A stretch of 64,000 bases of DNA from positions 4,145-68,144 of the IMG/VR virus record IMGVR_UViG_3300031555_004120, one strand, 5' to 3'. The number at the start of each line of letters is the position of its first letter. Positions within the stretch are counted from its first letter, which is position 1. A model generated the notes under the pieces. That model did not search any database, had not been told where the DNA came from, and saw nothing but the letters and a program-made list of their open reading frames with translations. Source of the DNA: a virus. Lineage: Duplodnaviria > Caudoviricetes. This document shows, in pieces, positions 58,520 to 64,000 of the stretch. A program made the translations under genes and the position numbers.

Positions 58520-58831
58520 ATGGCAAATTTAAACGAAATGCGAGAATTGAAAAACGTGGTGGAGCAGATAATGTCAGATAAAGATCTGGCGAAAGAAATT
58601 TATAATGAAGCTGATAAGTTATTAGAAATGAAGCTTCATAATGCCGGATTGTCTGCTGTGAGAGGAAACTATAATAGCAAAGATATACAAGAAGCTAGAG
58701 CTGCATATTATTTACAAGATTTGATACATGCTGTTATAATCTATATGGAGGATGGAAATTCGTCAACTATAACAATGAATGACGAATTATATCCTAATGC
58801 AGAGAAACCGGATTGGGCAGAAGAAGATTAA
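58520..58831 (+). CDS. Hypothetical protein
   Basis: Start refined to ATG 58520 (AGGAGG RBS). Confidence 0.55.
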   Translation: MANLNEMRELKNVVEQIMSDKDLAKEIYNEADKLLEMKLHNAGLSAVRGNYNSKDIQEARAAYYLQDLIHAVIIYMEDGNSSTITMNDELYPNAEKPDWAEED

Positions 58832-58875
58832 AAATTAGGGGTTAGCCATTACAGCTAACCCCTTAGATTTATTTT

Positions 58876-59196
58876 TTATATTGCATGATAATAAATACAA
58901 TAATTTGCTACTCTAGCAGAATCTGAAGGTTCCATTTCACAATAATCTTTCCAAGAATAAAGAGCATCCATTCTATAATCGAAACTTTCATCAACACATC
59001 CGTTAATATCATAATATTCATCTTCAATCTTACATATAAAATGATTTTCAATAGGAAGATAATATATTTCTCCATTGAAAACTGTATGTAAGATATGAGC
59101 AAACCAATAACAGTTTCCATTGTTAAAAGCATACTCAATTTCTTTTTTGGATATGTGTTTATAGTTATTGATAAATTTTAAAACCTTTTCTTTCAT
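58876..59196 (-). CDS. Hypothetical protein (GNCYWFA motif)
   Basis: 106 aa with GGAGG RBS; a C...H...D pattern could indicate a papain-like fold. Confidence 0.5.
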   Translation of the reverse strand: MKEKVLKFINNYKHISKKEIEYAFNNGNCYWFAHILHTVFNGEIYYLPIENHFICKIEDEYYDINGCVDESFDYRMDALYSWKDYCEMEPSDSARVANYCIYYHAI

Positions 59197-59248
59197 AATA
59201 TCTCCTCCAGAATATTAATTATTCTAAAGTATAAAATATATAAAGTTA

Positions 59249-59944
59249 TTAAGAATAAGCTATTTGTGAATTTACTATCCATAAAATAGTAATTGTATAG
59301 TCTTGAGTAACTTCTCCAATAGCTCTAACAATCATATTTCCTGTATTATTAATAGGACCATTTGTTACAAGTCTTGTATTCCAGTCAATAGATGGAACGC
59401 ATGATGTCATAATTCCTAATTGTACACCTCTTAGAGATAATCCTTCTGTAATAACAGGTGTACAAATTATTGGTTTATCAATATTTGGTGTTAAATTTTG
59501 TACTCTATAAGTATATTCACAGCATATAACATTTCCAAATGCTCCAAATCCATTGGATATATCAAAAGCAATATTACTACTTCCATCTAAATAACAAGTT
59601 TGATTTCCTATAGTTATAGAGACAGGATTGGTAAATTTATTACAATATTCTGAAGTTCCATCGAAATAATATCCTCCCCAAATTCCTTTATTATAAAGAT
59701 CTATTTCCATATGAGTTGATGCACCATTTACTTTTGAAGTACCATCAGCTGAATCTATACCTATAAAACGTAATAAACCATTATAATTATCTATACATAT
59801 TCCACTAATATTCTTAGATTTAGAACATGCATCTAATCTTAATTCTCCACCTTCACTACTAGTACCTTGTGGACTTATAGACAAATTACCAGCAAATAAT
59901 TTAGCATTAGTATTTGCTGGTAATTTATTAGCTAAATCATTATT
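59249..59944 (-). other. Cassette D, 231 aa, tail-fibre C-terminal region (NNDLANKLP...EGGELRL...ITIGNQTCYLDGSSNI...)
   Basis: Site at 59932-59944; only TTG/GTG codons 4-5 codons upstream, with no good RBS; contains the fibre-type ITIG...(F/L)DGS.NI motif. Confidence 0.75.
59932..59944 (-). repeat. Cassette site 5 (AATAATGATTTAG)
   Basis: Exact consensus, preceded by AATATT. Confidence 0.85.
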
Positions 59945-60003
59945 AATATTATACACCAAAAATCACTTCGTTATAATAAGATTGATTTAAAAGGAGAATT
60001 ATA

Positions 60004-60864
60004 ATGGATAAAACAATAAAAGGGAAATTGGTATCTGAAGAATTAAGAAAAAAGATTAAAGAAGAAGTTGACTTTATAAAAGAATCAAACAAAGAAGATA
60101 TTACTTTGGCAATTATTCAAGTTGGAGATGATCAAGCTTCTTCTACATATGTCAGAAATAAAACTAAAGCTTGTAATGAAGTCGGTATCAAATACTGTGA
60201 TTATAAGATGGATAAATATATAGATTCGTCTGATATTATAAATCTCATTAAACAATTAAATGCTTCCGAAGACATAACAGGTATATTGGTACAATTGCCC
60301 CTACCTCGTCATATTGATGAAGCTAAAGTTTTACAAAGTATAGATCCGCTAAAGGATGTAGATTGTTTCAATTATTCCAATATAGGAAGATTATATACAG
60401 GTAATCCTAGATTCTTACCTTGCACTCCTGCTGGAATTATCGAATTATGTAAGTATTATAATATCGAACTTGCAGGAAAAGAATGTGTAATAATAGGTAG
60501 ATCTAATATTGTAGGTAAACCATTAGCAGCGATGATGACTGCTCAAAATGCTACAGTTACATTAGCTCATTCTAAAACAGAAAATTTAGAAGAAGTATGT
60601 AAACGAGCTGATATTATTGTATCTGCAATTGGTTGTGCTAAGTTTATTAATAAAGATTATATTAAACCTGGAGCTGTAATTATAGATGTAGGTATCAATA
60701 GAGATCATAATAATAAACTCTGTGGAGATGTTGATTTTGATGATGTTTATGATATTTGTGATTGTATAACTCCCGTACCTGGTGGAGTTGGTCCTATGAC
60801 TATAACTATGCTTTTAAGAAATTGCATTAAAGCTTATAATTATCAAATTAGTATTGAAGATTAG
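60004..60864 (+). CDS. folD: Bifunctional methylenetetrahydrofolate dehydrogenase/cyclohydrolase
   Basis: YVRNK, GILVQLPLP, KDVD, PCTPAG, GRSNIVGKP, DVGINR and TPVPGGVGPMT motifs. Confidence 0.95.
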   Translation: MDKTIKGKLVSEELRKKIKEEVDFIKESNKEDITLAIIQVGDDQASSTYVRNKTKACNEVGIKYCDYKMDKYIDSSDIINLIKQLNASEDITGILVQLPLPRHIDEAKVLQSIDPLKDVDCFNYSNIGRLYTGNPRFLPCTPAGIIELCKYYNIELAGKECVIIGRSNIVGKPLAAMMTAQNATVTLAHSKTENLEEVCKRADIIVSAIGCAKFINKDYIKPGAVIIDVGINRDHNNKLCGDVDFDDVYDICDCITPVPGGVGPMTITMLLRNCIKAYNYQISIED

Positions 60865-60873
60865 GAGTATAAT

Positions 60874-61851
60874 ATGTTTGCAAATACATTAATTTATGAA
60901 AACGATGGTCAAGTAAATATATCAGAGGGTATAAAATATATAGATCAAACTATCACAAATTATCTATATGCTACCAAGATCAAATTATCACTTGCTATTA
61001 TTTATATTATGGATGATAATGGGGAATATGAATATACTGTAAGGGAAATGAAAAAGATAATAGAATCTCATGGGATAAAAGTAGATTGTTTTAATTATGA
61101 TACTGATACTAAAACAGATATTATTATTAATAAAATTGAAGAATGTAATAAATCATATACTGGTATCTATATCGTAAATCTTAGAAAGTCTGTATATGAT
61201 ATTAGATATTTTAGAAATCTTATTAATAAAGATAAATGTATTGATGGTTATCATGAATCTAATATTGCAGATATGATATTCTATGATTATGATACTTATC
61301 ATGACTATTTCTATCCACCTGATGTATTTTTGGTCAGAAAAATACTTGAAAATATGGATAGTGATAAAAAGATTAATGTTACTAGGGTTAGCAAGATATT
61401 AATTTTGGAAGATTTTAAAAAAGTTAATCCTAGTATGAAAATATTAAGTACTATATTATCACATTCTGGTTTACCATCTATGTATTACCAGTACTCCTCT
61501 AATAATACCGCTTTAACAGAATATCTTAAAGAAGCTGATATTATAATAGCAGATATTGATGCTGCAAGATATTTAAAATTTGATATGATACATGATCCAG
61601 AGTATCTAGTTGAAAGAGATAGAGTTGTTATAGATCTTGGATGTAAAAGAGAAGGATGTAAAACTCATGGTAATCTTGATCTAAAGAGTATGAAAGAGAA
61701 TAATACAATTTTATCAGAAAATGGTTGGACTCCTGTTAGATTTGTAGAATCTAAAGATATGTATAATATTACTTTGATATCTGATTGTTTAATTAATAAT
61801 TTGATTATTGCTTATCATAAACAAAATGAAGATACATATCCGTTGAAATAA
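60874..61851 (+). CDS. Degenerate FolD paralog
   Basis: Collinear with FolD (LAII, KCIDG, EADIII, VIDLG) but the YxxxK and GRS motifs are lost. Confidence 0.65.
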   Translation: MFANTLIYENDGQVNISEGIKYIDQTITNYLYATKIKLSLAIIYIMDDNGEYEYTVREMKKIIESHGIKVDCFNYDTDTKTDIIINKIEECNKSYTGIYIVNLRKSVYDIRYFRNLINKDKCIDGYHESNIADMIFYDYDTYHDYFYPPDVFLVRKILENMDSDKKINVTRVSKILILEDFKKVNPSMKILSTILSHSGLPSMYYQYSSNNTALTEYLKEADIIIADIDAARYLKFDMIHDPEYLVERDRVVIDLGCKREGCKTHGNLDLKSMKENNTILSENGWTPVRFVESKDMYNITLISDCLINNLIIAYHKQNEDTYPLK

Positions 61852-61930
61852 TGAACTGCTTAGATAATATATTTTTTATAATTTATGACTATAAACACAA
61901 GTAATTAATATAAAACTCGGAGGTATTATT

Positions 61931-63058
61931 ATGCTTAAAAAGAAAGCAAACGAAAATGTGTTTAATGGCTATCCTTCTAAGTTGTTAAAACAAAGACCAT
62001 TTTTCTCGATCATTATTCCATGTTATAATAGTGCTAAAACTCTCGGAACATTGTTACAGTCTATTGTAGCTCAGAATATGAATGATGAAATTGAAGTTAT
62101 TCTTGCAAATGATCATTCTCCCGAATCATATCAGAAGGTAGTTGATAAGTTTAAGGATACTTTATCCATTCGTCAGATTATGACTGACTATAATTTTGCT
62201 CCCGGAAATACGAGAGAAAAAGGTGTTAGTATTGCAGAAGGTGAATGGGTTACATTTGCTGATCATGACGATGAATATATTCCAGATACTTTTAAAGAAG
62301 TCAAACGAAGAATATTAGAATCAGGAGAAGATCAGTTTGTAGTTACAGATTTTTATGAAATGGATCCTGATACAAGAGAAATTATTAGAGAAATGAGAGG
62401 TTATCGTAATTGGATGCATGGTAAGTTCTATTCTCTTGATAATTTCTGGAAGAAGTATGATATTCATTTTAAGAAAGATTTGTTAACTCATGAGGATATT
62501 TGTGTATCATCTCAGTGCAATTCAGCTGCACATTTAAGTGGTAAAGAACCATCATATTTCGAAATATTTACTTATTGCTGGATGAGTAGACCTACTACAA
62601 TATCTAGAGAAAAATATGGTGATCATGGATTTTTGGAAGTATTTTTCAAAGATTATATAGAATCTACTGGTTATACATATTTCAATTTCTATAAGAAACA
62701 TAATATGCCTATAGAGTTTGGTTTTACATCAACTGTAGAGGTGTTGGTATATTGTTATATGTATATGCAGGGTATCAAGTTCCATCATCCTGATAACTGG
62801 ATAAGAGAGAATGAAAATTATTGTAGAGAGTATTTGATAATGATTAAAGAAGAATTTGGTGCTACTAATAAAGATATTTGGAATTATGTAGCAGCAGATG
62901 ATGCAAGAGTCTTTATGGAAGTTCAGGAGCCTGCTCATATGGGGGTTGGACCTTGGATTGAATCAGAAACTTTCTCTCAATGGTTGGATATGCTTCATAA
63001 AGATATTCCGGTAAGAACTACAATGTCAGAAGCAATGCGAAAAGAAAATATGAGATAA
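61931..63058 (+). CDS. GT2-family glycosyltransferase
   Basis: SIIIPCYN, ILANDHS, GNTREKG, FADHDD (DxD) and HED motifs. Confidence 0.85.
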   Translation: MLKKKANENVFNGYPSKLLKQRPFFSIIIPCYNSAKTLGTLLQSIVAQNMNDEIEVILANDHSPESYQKVVDKFKDTLSIRQIMTDYNFAPGNTREKGVSIAEGEWVTFADHDDEYIPDTFKEVKRRILESGEDQFVVTDFYEMDPDTREIIREMRGYRNWMHGKFYSLDNFWKKYDIHFKKDLLTHEDICVSSQCNSAAHLSGKEPSYFEIFTYCWMSRPTTISREKYGDHGFLEVFFKDYIESTGYTYFNFYKKHNMPIEFGFTSTVEVLVYCYMYMQGIKFHHPDNWIRENENYCREYLIMIKEEFGATNKDIWNYVAADDARVFMEVQEPAHMGVGPWIESETFSQWLDMLHKDIPVRTTMSEAMRKENMR

Positions 63059-63101
63059 AATTATCCCAGTAGACTGATAAAGTCTACTGGGGCATTTATT
63101 T

Positions 63102-63404
63102 TTAAATTAAATAAGTTGTACAAATACTAAATCCAGTGATATTTTCCATAAAGAAAACTTTTAATATACCGGATGTTTCTATTCCACAATAACCAACAAC
63201 AAAACGATCAGCTACTTGTGCAATTGCGAGAAATTGTAGTCCATTTTTTGGACATATATCAGTAGATAATGTACATATTGTAGTCCATGTTTTTGCCTGT
63301 ATATTAATATTACTAATAACTACAGCAATGGTAACTGCATTTCTACATTTAAATGTTCTTATACCTGACATGGGAACAGAAATTTCTACAGCTAAATCAT
63401 TATA
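63102..63404 (-). other. Startless cassette E, 100 aa, fibre-tip-like (YNDLAVEISVPMSG...WTTICTLSTDICPKN...TTYLI)
   Basis: The track ORF 63102-63371 extends in frame to the site at 63392-63404; an in-frame stop lies 5 codons upstream of the site. Confidence 0.75.
63392..63404 (-). repeat. Cassette site 6 (TATAATGATTTAG)
   Basis: One mismatch; back-to-back with site 7, 6 bp apart. Confidence 0.8.
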
Positions 63405-63410
63405 AATATT

Positions 63411-63423
63411 AATAATGATTTAG
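63411..63423 (+). repeat. Cassette site 7 (AATAATGATTTAG)
   Basis: Exact consensus, preceded by AATATT. Confidence 0.85.
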
Positions 63424-63902
63424 TTGATTATAGTAATGGTACTAAGATAGTAGGTAAAGCTACTAGTGCTACATCAGCATTATATTGTGGAAGTGCTGGA
63501 AGTGCTGGTAAAGCTACTTCTGCTACTAGTGCTAGATATGCTACTACAGCTACTAATGCTGGTACATCTAACTATGCTAAGAATGCTCCTACTTATCAAG
63601 GTGCTACTACTGCAGCTGCTGGTGTAAAAGGATTAGTACCTGCAGCTACTACTGCAACTAAAGATAACTTTTTAAGAGGTGATGGTACGTGGGCTACACC
63701 TAGTAAAGCTACTAGTGCAACATCAGCAACATATTCATCTACTGCTAATTATGCTAAGAATGCTGGTACTGCTAGTTATTCTAGCAATGGTGCAAAAGCT
63801 AGTTCTGCTACATCTGCTACATATGCAGCTACTGCTAATTATGCTAAGAAGAGTAATATTAGTATGAGTGTATCTGGTACTACTCTTACTATTACATTTT
63901 AA
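63411..63902 (+). other. Startless cassette F, 163 aa, tail-fibre C-terminus (not in ORF track)
   Basis: NNDLVDYSNGTKIVGKATSATSA... with A-T-S-A repeats, the fibre motif GLVPAA.....FLRGDGTW and the end ISMSVSGTTLTITF; no start codon between the upstream stop (63393-63395) and the site. Confidence 0.85.
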
Positions 63903-63914
63903 AGAGGTGATAGT

Positions 63915-64000
63915 ATGAGTATAAAAGTTAATGGAACTGAAATACCGGTTTCTGGTACTATAAAAGCAAATAATACTAATATTACAAAAGTTGTTGCTAA
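63915..64000 (+). CDS. Partial ORF (MSIKVNGTEIPVSGTIKANNTNITKVVA...), probably fibre-associated
   Basis: GAGGTG RBS directly after cassette F; runs off the window. Confidence 0.55.
   Translation, partial: MSIKVNGTEIPVSGTIKANNTNITKVVA

Noticed and set aside
63430-63850. Short direct repeats (GCTACTAGTGCTAC-like) resembling a CRISPR or satellite array
   Set aside because: Irregular spacing and in frame; they encode the A-T-S-A repeats of cassette F. No CRISPR array was found in the window.
448-63867. Many short antisense or overlapping ORFs in the track (e.g. 448, 2449, 3890, 5161, 10562, 12371, 24400, 28302, 63679)
   Set aside because: Shadow frames of biased real genes, or of the ncRNA and cassette F; no RBS and implausible composition.
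17422-63902. Diversity-generating retroelement as the explanation for the cassettes
   Set aside because: No reverse transcriptase and no near-identical TR/VR pair with adenine-specific differences; the cassettes are mutually unrelated.
1-64000. Stop-codon reassignment
   Set aside because: Core genes (terL, portal, capsid, polymerase) are intact under code 11 and coding density is high.
1-64000. Recombinase for the cassette system, or a phage-nucleus shell protein
   Set aside because: No ORF shows convincing tyrosine (R-H-R-Y) or serine recombinase motifs or chimallin similarity in this window.

Overview
AT-rich window from a jumbo myophage of the phiKZ/AR9-like type, probably infecting gut or rumen Firmicutes (host is an inference). 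Recognisable structural genes: large terminase, T4 gp20-like portal, tail tube and sheath, major capsid, prohead protease, a neck-like protein and tail-fibre-like proteins. Other recognisable genes: a probable C-terminal RNA polymerase beta-prime fragment, a split family-B DNA polymerase, a tubulin/FtsZ-family protein, PhoH, tandem-domain ThyX, FolD plus a degenerate FolD paralog, a GT2 glycosyltransferase, DHH, HD and MazG-like hydrolases, an endolysin and a circularly permuted guanylate kinase. Main discovery: seven copies of a 13-bp site, (A/T)ATAATGATTTA(G/A), lie between genes across 46 kb on both strands. Six open, in the same reading register (N/Y-N-D-L), an 80-231 aa frame with no convincing start or RBS, and several of these frames look like tail-fibre C-terminal tips. 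This suggests a dispersed, shufflon-like archive of silent receptor-binding cassettes. The recombinase and the expressed acceptor gene are not visible in this window. Three non-coding RNA candidates were also seen: about 720 nt (ROOL/GOLLD size class), about 200 nt, and a tRNA-like molecule with a GAC anticodon and an oversized variable region. There are two promoter classes (TATATTAT early-type; AACA-N6-TA late-type) and an origin-like inverted-repeat region. All family calls come from motif recognition by eye; no searches were run.
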